Positions 1 to 8,827 are shown, counted from the first letter of the stretch. The stretch: DNA of 32,000 nucleotides from Pseudodesulfovibrio mercurii (GCF_000189295.2 NC_016803.1:3360001-3392000), one strand, 5' to 3'. Notes: generated from the letters alone by a model not told the origin. Numbers and translations: made by a program.

Positions 1-1030
1 GCTCGAACTTGCCCGTGCGGTGCAGGACGTTCAGGGCCAGGATGATGTCGTACTTCCGCTGCAGCGGGGTGGTGATGTCGTAGACCATGAAGTGGCAGGC
101 CGAACCCTTGGCCGAGGCCAGGTAGTTGGCCAGGTCCACGGCCCCACGGTCCATGTCCAGGCCCACCCCGGCCGCGCCCAGCTCCTCGGCCTTGAAGGTG
201 TAGTAGCCGTGCATGCAGCCGTAGTCGCACAGGGTCTTGCCCGCGAAGTCCACGCCGAGCTTGAGGATGTTCTCCCAGGCCAGGCCGGACTGGGTGAAGC
301 CGGGCACCAGGGTGCGGCCCCGGTACTCGATGGTCTGGTAAAAGGGGTTGAAGGAGTCGGCCTCGGCGATGGCCTTGAAGACCGGGCGGTCGGCCTCGGG
401 CACGCCGGGATGCGCGGCGTCGCGGTGCGCCTCGGCCCAGCGGATGATGTCGTCCGTGTCCGCGACCACGGCGTAGCCCTTCAGGACCGGTTCGAGGGTC
501 TCGCAGAACGGGGTCCCGGCCGGGATGGGCCTGCCCGCGCGGAGGGCCTCCTTGGTCTTGCGCACCCGGCGCAGGGCGAAGCGCTCCATGCGCACGTCGC
601 GCGAGGGGTTGAGGTAGAAGGGCCGGACCACGGTGAAGGGCGAGTAGATGTCGTCCAGGGCGTCCAGGAAGGCCTGGTGGATGTGCGGGTGGCTGACGCG
701 GCAGCCTTCGAGCACGAGGTCGCGGAACCGGCGCGGGCGCAGCTGTCGGACGAAGAGGTCCTTGAAATCCTTGTAGGTCTCCGGTCGACGCACGGTCTCG
801 ATGTCCCCGCCGTAGCGGGCCGCCACCTCGGGCGTGAAGGCGTCCAGGCGCAGCAGGTCGTAGCCCAGGTCCCCGGCCAGTTGCTTTGCCGCGTGGCTCT
901 TGCCCGCCGCGGGCGGCCCGGCGATGAGGATGACCTTGGGGCTGAAGCGGTAGATTCGTCCCGGCGCGGCCTGGGCGGCGGTGGGTTCGGCGACCGAGGC
1001 GGCGGCAGGGGTGGCGTTCGACTCTCTCAT
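1..1030 (-). CDS. P-loop NTPase domain fused to a class I SAM-dependent methyltransferase domain; C-terminus runs off the window
   Basis: Not in the ORF track because there is no stop in the window. My translation of the reverse strand from ATG 1030..1028 gives MRESNATPAAASV...KVILIAGPPAAGKSHAAKQLAGDLGYDLLRLD (Walker A). Later it gives GKTLCDYGCMHGYYTFKAEELGAAGVGLDMD (MTase motif I plus acidic post-I residue). The frame stays open to position 1. The 20..1174 + ORF is its antisense shadow. Confidence 0.75.
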   Translation of the reverse strand, partial: MRESNATPAAASVAEPTAAQAAPGRIYRFSPKVILIAGPPAAGKSHAAKQLAGDLGYDLLRLDAFTPEVAARYGGDIETVRRPETYKDFKDLFVRQLRPRRFRDLVLEGCRVSHPHIHQAFLDALDDIYSPFTVVRPFYLNPSRDVRMERFALRRVRKTKEALRAGRPIPAGTPFCETLEPVLKGYAVVADTDDIIRWAEAHRDAAHPGVPEADRPVFKAIAEADSFNPFYQTIEYRGRTLVPGFTQSGLAWENILKLGVDFAGKTLCDYGCMHGYYTFKAEELGAAGVGLDMDRGAVDLANYLASAKGSACHFMVYDITTPLQRKYDIILALNVLHRTGKFE

Positions 1031-1170
1031 GGCATATCCAATGTAATCAAATTGTTGCAGGTCGTGACGCAAGACGGCCCGTCAGAAAAACGGCGGATCA
1101 AGGGCATGAATTGCCCGCCTGGGGCAAAATTGCACGATACATGCCAAGGGGAACCCCGGCGCGAGGGAGG

Positions 1171-1785
1171 CTAGGTCAGGCCGAGTTCTTCCAGGGCCAG
1201 GTACAGCTCGCGGCTGATCCAGGCGTCGGTGGCGGCGTAGAGAACCTGCTGCCGGGAGAGTTTGTCCTTGGCCCAGTTGGAGCATTGGGCGGACTTGGAG
1301 ATGCGGAAGCCGAGCAGGTTGGCGGCCATGTTGCGCAGGCCGTGGGTCTGGAGGTTGTACTTGGCCGTGATGGACGAGAGGTCCACGAAGCCGCTCGGCT
1401 TGAACCGGGCGTGCTTCTGCAGGCCGAGGATGTCGTCGCGCACGGCCACGCCGGTCTTGAGGATGCGCCGGTTGGCCAGGATGTCGCAGACCCCCTTGTC
1501 CAGGGGCAGGACGCCCAGCTGGAAGACGTAGGCGCATTCGGCTGTGGCCAGCTGGAGCAGGGACGGCGGTCCGGGCTTCTTGCCCTTCTTGAACACGGGC
1601 CGGGTTTCGGTGTCGAAGCCGAGCAGGGAGGAGGCGCGCATGCCGGACAGGGCCTGTTCGAGATCGGATTCGGTGCGGACGACCAGAATGTTCCCCTCGT
1701 AGTGGCGCAGGGGCATGTCGTTGATCTCCGCCTTGGTGATTGCGCGGAGGTACTGTTGCGGGATGTCGAGGCTGTCCGTGGTCAT
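1171..1785 (-). CDS. 3'-5' exonuclease, DEDDy / RNase D-like single domain
   Basis: 204-aa ORF with LLGFDTET (Exo I D..E), GVAVRDDILGL (Exo II) and YAATDAW (Exo III Y..D). Confidence 0.85.
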   Translation of the reverse strand: MTTDSLDIPQQYLRAITKAEINDMPLRHYEGNILVVRTESDLEQALSGMRASSLLGFDTETRPVFKKGKKPGPPSLLQLATAECAYVFQLGVLPLDKGVCDILANRRILKTGVAVRDDILGLQKHARFKPSGFVDLSSITAKYNLQTHGLRNMAANLLGFRISKSAQCSNWAKDKLSRQQVLYAATDAWISRELYLALEELGLT

Positions 1786-1857
1786 GAAATGTACTTGTGC
1801 GTTAGAAAGTTTGAGGGATCGTTGTACATTCCCGCAAATTCGTCAAGCACAAGGTGA

Positions 1858-1899
1858 CGCGCCCGCCCGGAAGAGAGCCGGACGGGCGCGTTTTTTTTT
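1858..1899 (+). terminator. Strong intrinsic terminator oriented on the + strand (12 bp GC stem with one mismatch, then T9)
   Basis: cgcgcccgcccgg-aagagag-ccggacgggcgcg followed by ttttttttt at 1891..1899. Both flanking genes are on the minus strand. Confidence 0.6.
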
Positions 1900-1903
1900 C
1901 GTC

Positions 1904-2563
1904 CTATTCGAAACGGAGCGCGTTTCTCGTGCAGGGGGTGCTGTTTTTGCGCCACCAGTAGGCCCCGCCGCAGGCATCCGTGGCCGGGATCAACCCGGGG
2001 CGTCCGTTGTACCGGGCCACGTTCTCCACGAACTGGTGCTGGGTCTCCTTCTCGATGGCGTCGATGGCGTCCTTGAGCGCGATGGTGCCCTGCTTGACGC
2101 CGGGCAGGACCCTGGCCATCTCGGAGGTGATCAGCCGCTGGGAGGAGTTGGCGTCCAGGAACTTGTCGAAGGCCTTGAGGGTGGCCTCCTGGTCGCCCTT
2201 CCGCCCCTGGGCCAGGGCGATGAACAGGGCGGCGTCCCAGATCTTGTCCTTGTCGCCCATTGCCTCGTTCAGGGTCTTGATGCACAGGTCGTATTCCCCG
2301 GCGAAGTACATGGCGATGCCCGCCTTGTCGAGGGAGGACTGGAAGTTCATGGTCCGCCCCCTGGGCTCCTGGGTCAGGGCCTCTCCGTAGGCCTTGGCCG
2401 AACCCTTGAAGTACTCAATGGCCTTGGCGTTGTTGCGGGTGACGTAGACCCGCCAGGCGCGCTGGAAGTAGCGGTCGCCCAGGGTCACGGAGTCGGCCAG
2501 GGCGGGCAGGGCCGCGGCCATGAGGAGCACGATGACGGTGATTGCGGTCAATTGTTTGCGCAT
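1904..2563 (-). CDS. Secreted hypothetical protein, TPR-like helical repeats
   Basis: 219-aa ORF. N-terminal signal peptide MRKQLTAITVIVLLMAAALPALA/DS. Helical repeat-like segments (AIEYFKGSAKAYGEAL, AMYFAGEYDLCIKTLNEA). Protein-like composition. Confidence 0.8.
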   Translation of the reverse strand: MRKQLTAITVIVLLMAAALPALADSVTLGDRYFQRAWRVYVTRNNAKAIEYFKGSAKAYGEALTQEPRGRTMNFQSSLDKAGIAMYFAGEYDLCIKTLNEAMGDKDKIWDAALFIALAQGRKGDQEATLKAFDKFLDANSSQRLITSEMARVLPGVKQGTIALKDAIDAIEKETQHQFVENVARYNGRPGLIPATDACGGAYWWRKNSTPCTRNALRFE

Positions 2564-2579
2564 GTGAAAGTCTCCTTGT

Positions 2580-3326
2580 TCAGGACAGGTACGTCCTGGC
2601 TATGCGGAAGATATCGTCGTAAGCGGTCTTGTTGCGGATGGCCAGGGCCATTTCCAGGGCCATGTCCATCTTGCGGCCGGTCTCGACCATGACCCGGTCC
2701 CGTATGGATTCCAGATGGTTGGCCAGGAAGTCGGCCTCGAAATTGTCGATGGCCAGGGACACGCCCTCGGAAAAGAAGCGCGAGCCCAGGTGGGGGATGA
2801 AGCGGTCCAGGTTCTGCCGCCCCTCGCGGCGGGCGTACATGACGAAGAAGAGCAGCTTGACCAGCAGCCGGTCGGCCTTGAGCTTGTGGTCGACCGAGAG
2901 CAGGATGTCCATGTCTACGCCGCGGGGCTTGAGGGCGTCGAACATGGCCGTGGCCATGTCGAAGGCGCGGTCCTCGGTCATCAGCGGGTGGGCGAACTTG
3001 GAGTCCATGCGGACCAGGGTGATGCGCGGGTTTTCGCCCGAGGCGATGGCGTAGATGGCCAGCCGCATGAGGTCGATCTTGGTCCGGTAGTCGTCGATGA
3101 GGATGTCCCGCTTGGCCTGGGCCAGCCTCCGGACCAGGGGCGCGTCCAGGGCGGAGAAGGCCGTTTCGAGCAGGTGCAGGATGTACGGCTCCGAGGTGGC
3201 CGCGATCTCCTCGTCCAGGATGTCGCGGCCCTTGCGCGCGTCCATGATCTTCTTGATGGACAGCCAATAGGCGGCCAGCCCCTCAACGGGCATCTCCAGT
3301 ATGTCGAGTTCCTGTGGCTTCTGCAT
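2580..3326 (-). CDS. Hypothetical cytoplasmic alpha-helical protein
   Basis: The in-frame ATG at 3326 (MQKPQELDILEMPVEG...) starts the protein-like part of ORF 2580..4142. The upstream part of that ORF is antisense to lgt and has shadow composition. Confidence 0.75.
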   Translation of the reverse strand: MQKPQELDILEMPVEGLAAYWLSIKKIMDARKGRDILDEEIAATSEPYILHLLETAFSALDAPLVRRLAQAKRDILIDDYRTKIDLMRLAIYAIASGENPRITLVRMDSKFAHPLMTEDRAFDMATAMFDALKPRGVDMDILLSVDHKLKADRLLVKLLFFVMYARREGRQNLDRFIPHLGSRFFSEGVSLAIDNFEADFLANHLESIRDRVMVETGRKMDMALEMALAIRNKTAYDDIFRIARTYLS

Positions 3327-3446
3327 GGCGGTCCGCTTTGGGCTTGACGCGGCGGTGAAAAAAAAGACACCCTGTGCGTTGTCCTTCAGCGTATCCGATT
3401 TTTTGCGGAAAACAAATACGGTCCTTGCCCGTGGAGCCCCTTTTTC

Positions 3447-4229
3447 ATGCTCACCTATCCCCAATTCGACCCGGTCATGATCTCCCTCGGCCCGTTGCAG
3501 CTGCGCTGGTACGGCATGATGTACGTCTTCGGCATCCTGTCCGGCTGGCTGCTGGGGCGCTACCGGGCGACCAAGCCGTGGAACAAGATGACCCCCAAGC
3601 GCATGGACGACTTCCTGACCTGGGCCATCCTCGGCGTGGTTCTGGGCGGGCGCATCGGCTACGTCCTGTTCTACAACCCGTCCTTCTACCTGGCCAATCC
3701 GCTCAGGATATTCGCGGTCTGGGAGGGGGGCATGTCCTTCCACGGCGGATGCCTCGGCGTGCTCCTGGCCTGCTGGCTCTTCGGCCGGGCCCACGACATG
3801 ACCTTCCCCGAGGTGGGCGACTTCGTCTCCCCGCTGGTCCCGCCGGGCCTCTTCTTCGGACGCATCGGCAACTTCATCAACGGCGAGCTGTGGGGCCGCT
3901 ACACGGACCTGCCCTGGGCCATGCCCTTTCCCGGCGCGGGCGGCCTGCCGCGTCACCCGTCGCAGCTCTACGAGGCCGCGCTGGAAGGGGCGCTCCTGTT
4001 CGTCATCGTCTGGGTCTACTCGGCCAAGCCGCGCCCCAAGGGGTGCGTGGGCGCGCTCTTCCTGCTCGGCTACGGCCTGTTCCGCTTCCTGGTGGAGTTC
4101 GCCCGGGAACCGGACCGGCAGCTCGGCTTCGTGGCGCTGCACTGGATGTCCATGGGCCAGGTGCTCTGCCTGCCCATGATCCTGTTCGGCGCGGGTTGGT
4201 TGATTTGGGCTTATCGCAAGTCAGCGTAA
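3447..4229 (+). CDS. lgt: Prolipoprotein diacylglyceryl transferase
   Basis: 260 aa, multi-[23 protein letters not shown] and the Lgt signature [14 protein letters not shown]. Confidence 0.95.
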   Translation: MLTYPQFDPVMISLGPLQLRWYGMMYVFGILSGWLLGRYRATKPWNKMTPKRMDDFLTWAILGVVLGGRIGYVLFYNPSFYLANPLRIFAVWEGGMSFHGGCLGVLLACWLFGRAHDMTFPEVGDFVSPLVPPGLFFGRIGNFINGELWGRYTDLPWAMPFPGAGGLPRHPSQLYEAALEGALLFVIVWVYSAKPRPKGCVGALFLLGYGLFRFLVEFAREPDRQLGFVALHWMSMGQVLCLPMILFGAGWLIWAYRKSA

Positions 4230-5006
4230 TTTCGGAACTTCGATTTCAAACAGCCGGTCCCAGCACTTGCCGGTGACGAACAGCCGCCCCGTGGCCGGGT
4301 CATAGGCGATGCCGTTGGCCACGCCCGACGCAGGGTGCAGCCGCCCGCGCAGGGACGCGAGGTCCAGCCAGGCGCGGACCGTGCCGTCGCCCATGTCGAT
4401 GATCGCCACCCGGTCCGACTTCCAGATGTTGGCGTAAAGCCATTTCCCCACGAATTCCAGCTCGTTGAGCAGGCTTACCGGTCGTCCATCGTCGGTCACG
4501 GGCAACTCCTCGACCTTGGCGAAGGTCCTGGCGTCGCGCCATTCCAGCCGCGACGCCCCGGTGGACATGACGAACCGCTTGCCGTCGAAGACCAGCCCCC
4601 AGCCCTGGGTTGCGTCCCAGGTGCCCCGGTAGGCGAACCGGCCCGCCGGTTCCAGCCCGTCCAGGGTGTAGATCAGGCCGATGCCCGATTTCCAGGTGAG
4701 CATGCGCAGGACGTCGCCCCTGGGCGCAATGCCCTCGGCGAACAGTTCGGCCGGGACCGGAACGGTCTTCAGGCGGCGGCCGGTGGCGGGGTCCACCACG
4801 GCCAGGAAGGAGTGGCCGTAGCCGCCCGAGGATTCGTAGAACACGCCGTCGCGATAGAAGAGCCCCTGGGTGGAGGTTCCGGCGTCGTGGGGGTATTCGG
4901 CGATCACCCGGCAGGGGATGACCGGAGTGGCGGCCCGGACGGGCGCGGCCTGGAGGAACAGGACCGCCAGGGCCAGGAGCAGGCAGCAGACGTTCAGCGG
5001 GCGCAT
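4221..5006 (-). CDS. Glutaminyl-peptide cyclotransferase-like beta-propeller protein, secreted
   Basis: The ATG at 5006 gives [25 protein letters not shown] (signal peptide). This is followed by [29 protein letters not shown]...[25 protein letters not shown]...[18 protein letters not shown], typical of the glutamine cyclotransferase family. The 3' end overlaps the lgt 3' end by 9 nt (convergent). Confidence 0.85.
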   Translation of the reverse strand: MRPLNVCCLLLALAVLFLQAAPVRAATPVIPCRVIAEYPHDAGTSTQGLFYRDGVFYESSGGYGHSFLAVVDPATGRRLKTVPVPAELFAEGIAPRGDVLRMLTWKSGIGLIYTLDGLEPAGRFAYRGTWDATQGWGLVFDGKRFVMSTGASRLEWRDARTFAKVEELPVTDDGRPVSLLNELEFVGKWLYANIWKSDRVAIIDMGDGTVRAWLDLASLRGRLHPASGVANGIAYDPATGRLFVTGKCWDRLFEIEVPKLR

Positions 5007-5125
5007 GGGGTTTCGGGAGAAGACGGAGCGGGGAGGGACCTCCGGGGACGCCGCGCCCCGCTCCGGGGGGAAGGGTGCGGTGTGCCGGTGCATCATTGGG
5101 GAGGGTGTCCGGTCCGCCGCACGCC

Positions 5126-5758
5126 TTACGCGCGTTGTTTGACGCCGTTGATGCCGCCCAGGGCGAAGCGGGTCACGTGGTCCACGAAACCCTCCACGTC
5201 CAGTCCCAGGTTGGGCCGGTTCGGGGTCAGCCGGTCCAGGATGGGCTGGGTCAGCAGGTGGTCGAGCATCAGGGCCCATATGTTCGAGCTGCAATAGGCC
5301 AGGGTCTGTTCCGGGACGTCCGGGCCGAGGAGCAGGGTCAGGATGTCGCGCAGCTCTTCGGCGCGCGGCTGGACCTGATGCTGGACGATGAGGTCCAGGT
5401 TGCGGCTGGGCTTGGCCATTTCGCGCAGGAAGATGGCCCACTTGTGGGCGAGGTGCCCGGAATTGCGGGTGTAGATGTCCTCGGCCAGCCCCCGGATGAA
5501 GCGGTGCAGCCGCTCCTCGGGCGGCAGCCCGGCGTCGTCGCCGGAGATCCATTCCTCGCCCTTGGGGAAGATCTCCTCGAGCACGGCCGCGTACAGCCCG
5601 TCCTTGCTGCCGTAATGGTAATTCACCGCCGCCACGTTGGCCTTGGCCAGGCCGCAGATGTCGCGCACCGTGGCCGAGTCGAAGCCCTTGTCCGCGAAAA
5701 CCTCCATGGCGGCGAGCAAAAGCGCCGTTTTGGTATTGACGTCCGGTGATTCGTTCAT
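5126..5758 (-). CDS. TetR family transcriptional regulator
   Basis: The ATG at 5758 gives a 210-aa protein. N-terminal TetR HTH: TALLLAAMEVFADKGFDSATVRDICGLAKANVAAVNYHYGSKDGLY. Confidence 0.9.
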   Translation of the reverse strand: MNESPDVNTKTALLLAAMEVFADKGFDSATVRDICGLAKANVAAVNYHYGSKDGLYAAVLEEIFPKGEEWISGDDAGLPPEERLHRFIRGLAEDIYTRNSGHLAHKWAIFLREMAKPSRNLDLIVQHQVQPRAEELRDILTLLLGPDVPEQTLAYCSSNIWALMLDHLLTQPILDRLTPNRPNLGLDVEGFVDHVTRFALGGINGVKQRA

Positions 5759-5902
5759 AATTAATAGCCTGCGGGCGCGAAAAACGCCGTCTATATTGCT
5801 TGAAACGTATGTTTGACGAATTCTATTCCCGAGAGGCGTCGGCAAGTCAAGGGTTTTCCCGGAACCGACCATTCCCGGTACATCCGCCAAGGAGCGCAGC
5901 CA

Positions 5903-6751
5903 GTGGAAGTCATTCTTGCCGAAACCGCCGGGTTCTGCATGGGCGTGGACATGGCCCTGACCAAACTCGACCAACTGGTCGCCGAGCCCGACGGCCGTCC
6001 CATCTATATCCTCGGCCCCATCATCCATAATCCGCAGGTCCTCAAGGGCTACGCCGACAAGGGCGTGGTCATGGTCCACGATCCCGTCGAGGTCCCGGCC
6101 GGGGCCCACGTGGTCATCCGCGCCCACGGCATCACCCGCCAGGTGGAGGACGCCCTGCGCGACCGCAAGGTGCGCATCAAGGACGCCACCTGCCCACGGG
6201 TCAAGAAGGCCCAGCTGCTCATCGAACGGAACACCGCCGACAACGGCGAGCTGCTCCTCTACGGCGAGGCCGACCACCCCGAGGTGGCCGGGCTGGTCAG
6301 CTACGCCCAGAACGGACATTTCGTCTTCAGCTCGGCCGAGGAGCTGGCGCGGTACCCGCTGACCCCGGACAGGCGCTATGTCCTGGCCGCCCAGACCACC
6401 CAGGACCGGGTCCACTTCGAGTCCATCGCGGCCGACCTGACCGGACGCGCCGACCTTGAGGTGACCGTGCTCGAAACCATCTGCGACGCCACCAAGCTGC
6501 GTCAGGCCGAGGCCAAGGAACTGGCCAAGAACGTGGATTTCATGGTCGTGGTCGGCGGCTACAACAGCGGCAACACCCGTCGCCTCGCCCAAGTGGTCTC
6601 CGAACAGGGCACGCCCTGCAAGCATGTGGAAACAGTGGAGGAACTCCCGCTCAACGACCTTGCCCGATACAAACGCATCGGCGTCACCGCAGGTGCCTCC
6701 ACCCCCCGCGTGCTCATCGACAGGGTCCTCGCCGGACTCCAGCCCTTGTAG
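5903..6751 (+). CDS. ispH: 4-hydroxy-3-methylbut-2-enyl diphosphate reductase
   Basis: GTG at 5903 lies 8 nt after AAGGAG (5889..5894). The product starts VEVILAETAGFCMGVDMAL, aligning with known IspH N-termini. Also ATCPRV, ICDATKLRQ and GGYNSGNTRRL. Confidence 0.93.
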   Translation: MEVILAETAGFCMGVDMALTKLDQLVAEPDGRPIYILGPIIHNPQVLKGYADKGVVMVHDPVEVPAGAHVVIRAHGITRQVEDALRDRKVRIKDATCPRVKKAQLLIERNTADNGELLLYGEADHPEVAGLVSYAQNGHFVFSSAEELARYPLTPDRRYVLAAQTTQDRVHFESIAADLTGRADLEVTVLETICDATKLRQAEAKELAKNVDFMVVVGGYNSGNTRRLAQVVSEQGTPCKHVETVEELPLNDLARYKRIGVTAGASTPRVLIDRVLAGLQPL

Positions 6752-6757
6752 GGCGGG

Positions 6758-6883
6758 GAAGATGCCTCCGGCGGCCGGGGGAAGGGGGAGAGGGGACCCT
6801 TTGAGAAAAGGGGCCCCTCTCCCCCTTCCCCCGGGCCCCCATCCCCCTCACCCTCCTAAACTTTTTATCGCCGTTTCGCGGGG
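6758..6883 (+). repeat. Intergenic repeat family A, copy 1 (about 126 nt, long GC hairpin core)
   Basis: The first 37 nt are identical to 18746..18782 (gaagatgcctccggcggccgggggaagggggagaggg). Shared 3' end ctaaactttttatcgccg.ttcgcgggg. Core arms gggggaagggggagagggg / cccctctcccccttccccc. Confidence 0.85.
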
Positions 6884-6974
6884 AGGGTGGCGGAAGTCAG
6901 GGCCGTTTGGCGGGACGGTGGAAGGAGCTGGCAGGGCGGTTGGAAAGACGCGCGGATTTTCGTGTTCACACGGT

Positions 6975-7075
6975 CCGCGCAGCGGCGACAAAAAGTTTTG
7001 GAGAGTTCAGAGAACCTTTTTCAAAAGGTTCTTTGGCGGGTCCAGGGCGGAGCCCTGGCCGCCGGAGGCATCTTC
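6975..7075 (-). repeat. Intergenic repeat family A, inverted copy with a different hairpin core
   Basis: The reverse complement begins with the same 19 nt gaagatgcctccggcggcc (7075..7057). It ends ctccaaaactttttgtcgccgctgcgcgg, matching 25/29 positions of the copy 1 3' end. The core is replaced by the perfect palindrome agaacctttt-ga-aaaaggttct. Confidence 0.65.
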
Positions 7076-7448
7076 CCCTTCCGGCTCAGGGCGACAAAAG
7101 GGGCCAGGCGGTCCCGGACCGGGTTTTGCACCGGGAGCTGACCCTGGCCCCGCTCGGGACGGTTTGCGGCATCCAGGTCACGTTGCAGGCACCGGCCGTG
7201 TGGAGGGCTTGGGTCCGGGGAACGCGTCCTCTCCTGGTGCAATGCCGGTCAACCGTCAGCTATGGGAGGAGTGCCGTTTTCGGGCGGCCTGTGCGGCCGT
7301 TTGGTCAAGCATAGCCTATTCTCCGGGCGTTGGTATTATTTTTCGCGTCCGCCGGGTGTCCGATCCGGGGGAACAACAAAATGGTTGTCGGGACCGGGTG
7401 GAGGGCATACCCTCACCGGGTACGAATGTGACAACGAGGAGTCAGAAC

Positions 7449-7811
7449 ATGGATTTGAACAAGGCCTTGGCCGATCTGAAGAAGGAACCCGGTTTCGCCG
7501 AGAACGTGGGCATGATCCTGGTGCACAACGGCGTGGTCCGCGGCTGGTCCCGCAAGGGACGCGAGGAAGTGACGTCCATCGAGATCACGCCCGATTTCGA
7601 GAAGATGGAGGAGATCCGCAAGGAGATCGAAGGCCGCGAGGGCATTTTCCGCGCCTGGTGCCACGCCAATTCGGGCCTCATGCAGCCCGGCGACGACGTG
7701 CTGTTCCTGATTGTGGCGGGCGACATCCGCGAGAACGTCAAGCCCGCCCTGGCCGACCTGCTGGACCGCATCAAGTCCGAGGCCGTGACCAAGAAAGAAA
7801 TCTTCGCCTAG
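7449..7811 (+). CDS. MoaE-like molybdopterin synthase catalytic subunit family protein (short form)
   Basis: ATG at 7449 follows GAGGAG (7436..7441). The 120-aa product follows the MoaE-like pattern GMILVHNGVVRG...PGDDVLFLIVAGDIRENVKPALADLLDRIKSEAVTKKEI. It lies 8 nt upstream of moaA. Confidence 0.65.
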   Translation: MDLNKALADLKKEPGFAENVGMILVHNGVVRGWSRKGREEVTSIEITPDFEKMEEIRKEIEGREGIFRAWCHANSGLMQPGDDVLFLIVAGDIRENVKPALADLLDRIKSEAVTKKEIFA

Positions 7812-7819
7812 GACGAGCC

Positions 7820-8827
7820 ATGCACGAGCACCTTGAGGACAAGCACGGCCGCGAGGTCAGCTACATGCGCATCAGCGTGACCGACCGCTGCAACCTGCGC
7901 TGCACCTACTGCGCGGGCGAGGGGTTGGAGTTCATCCCGCACCCGAGGATTCTGCGCTACGAGGAGATCATGGATTTCATCGGCATGGCCCGCAACCTCG
8001 GGGTGCAGAAGATCCGCTTCACCGGCGGCGAGCCCTTCGTCCGCAAGGGTTTCGGGGACTTCATGATCCGTGCGGCCGAGCGCTTCGCTGACATGGACCT
8101 GTGCGTGACCACCAACGCCACGCTCATCGGCCCGGACGTGGATCGGCTGGCCGCTGCGGGCATCAAACGGGTGAACATCTCCCTGGACACGCTCCAGGCC
8201 GACAAGTTCGTGACCATCACCGGGCGCGACCATTTCGCCGTGGTCCGGGAGAACATCGACCGCTGCCTGGCCGCGAACATGACCGTGAAGGTCAACGCCG
8301 TGGCCATGAAGGGCGTCAACGACAACGAAGTGGGCGACTTCATCGAGTTCGCCCGCACCCACCCGCTGGACCTGCGGTTCATCGAGTTCATGCCCGTGGG
8401 CACGGAGACGGGCTGGGACGACAGCCGGGTCTGGACCGCGGCCGAGATACTGGCCGATGCCCGCGCCTTCGCCGAACTGACCCCGGTGGTCAAGTCCGGG
8501 GAGCGCCGCCACGGCCCGGCGCGCATGTACGACATCAAGGGCGGCCTGGGTCGCATCGGCCTCATTTCGCCCTACAGCGATCACTTCTGTTCCACCTGCA
8601 ACCGGCTGCGCATCACCTCGGACGGCAACCTGCGGACCTGCCTCTTTTCGGACAAGGTCTACCGGCTGCGTCCGGCCCTGCGCCATGCCAAACTCGGTCT
8701 GGAACAGGTGGAGAAGATCATCCGCCTGGCCGGGAAGAACAAGCCCATCGGCAACGAGCTGCTGCGCCGCATGCGCGCCTCGGACCACGGCGTCTGCAAG
8801 ACCCGCATGGCCTCCATCGGCGGGTAG
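7820..8827 (+). CDS. moaA: GTP 3',8-cyclase (radical SAM molybdenum cofactor biosynthesis protein A)
   Basis: 335 aa. Radical SAM CNLRCTYC, FTGGEPF, and the C-terminal cluster CSTCNRLRITSDGNLRTC. Confidence 0.93.
   Translation: MHEHLEDKHGREVSYMRISVTDRCNLRCTYCAGEGLEFIPHPRILRYEEIMDFIGMARNLGVQKIRFTGGEPFVRKGFGDFMIRAAERFADMDLCVTTNATLIGPDVDRLAAAGIKRVNISLDTLQADKFVTITGRDHFAVVRENIDRCLAANMTVKVNAVAMKGVNDNEVGDFIEFARTHPLDLRFIEFMPVGTETGWDDSRVWTAAEILADARAFAELTPVVKSGERRHGPARMYDIKGGLGRIGLISPYSDHFCSTCNRLRITSDGNLRTCLFSDKVYRLRPALRHAKLGLEQVEKIIRLAGKNKPIGNELLRRMRASDHGVCKTRMASIGG

Noticed and set aside
3327-4142. Long N-terminal extensions suggested by the ORF track for 2580..4142, 4221..5552, 5126..6625, 25883..28144, 21637..23373, 20964..21758, 19612..21453, 12936..14798 and 5813..6751
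   Set aside because: In each case the upstream part overlaps a neighbouring real gene or spacer and has non-protein-like composition. An internal ATG or GTG with a Shine-Dalgarno sequence gives an N-terminus that matches family expectations (signal peptide, TM helix, or the conserved IspH, TetR or MCP start).
4221-4229. 9-nt convergent overlap of the lgt and glutaminyl cyclase-like 3' ends
   Set aside because: Both reading frames are well supported, and short convergent overlaps are common in compact genomes. Nothing suggests a regulatory or recoding role.
5796-5823. Candidate TetR operator attgcttgaaac-gtat-gtttgacgaatt in the TetR/ispH divergent spacer
   Set aside because: Only 8 of 12 positions are symmetric, mainly the AAAC/GTTT core. 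That is too weak to call from one sequence.
6624-7448. N-terminal 275 aa of ORF 6624..7811 (MWKQWRNS...MPPAAGGRGRGDPLRKGAPLPLPPGPHPPHPP...), and the similar peptide in ORF 18624..18839 -
   Set aside because: This is read-through of the family A repeat and other non-coding spacer. The shared peptide reflects the repeated DNA hairpin. The stem shows compensatory nucleotide changes rather than codon-level conservation. The real gene starts at 7449, behind a GAGGAG RBS.
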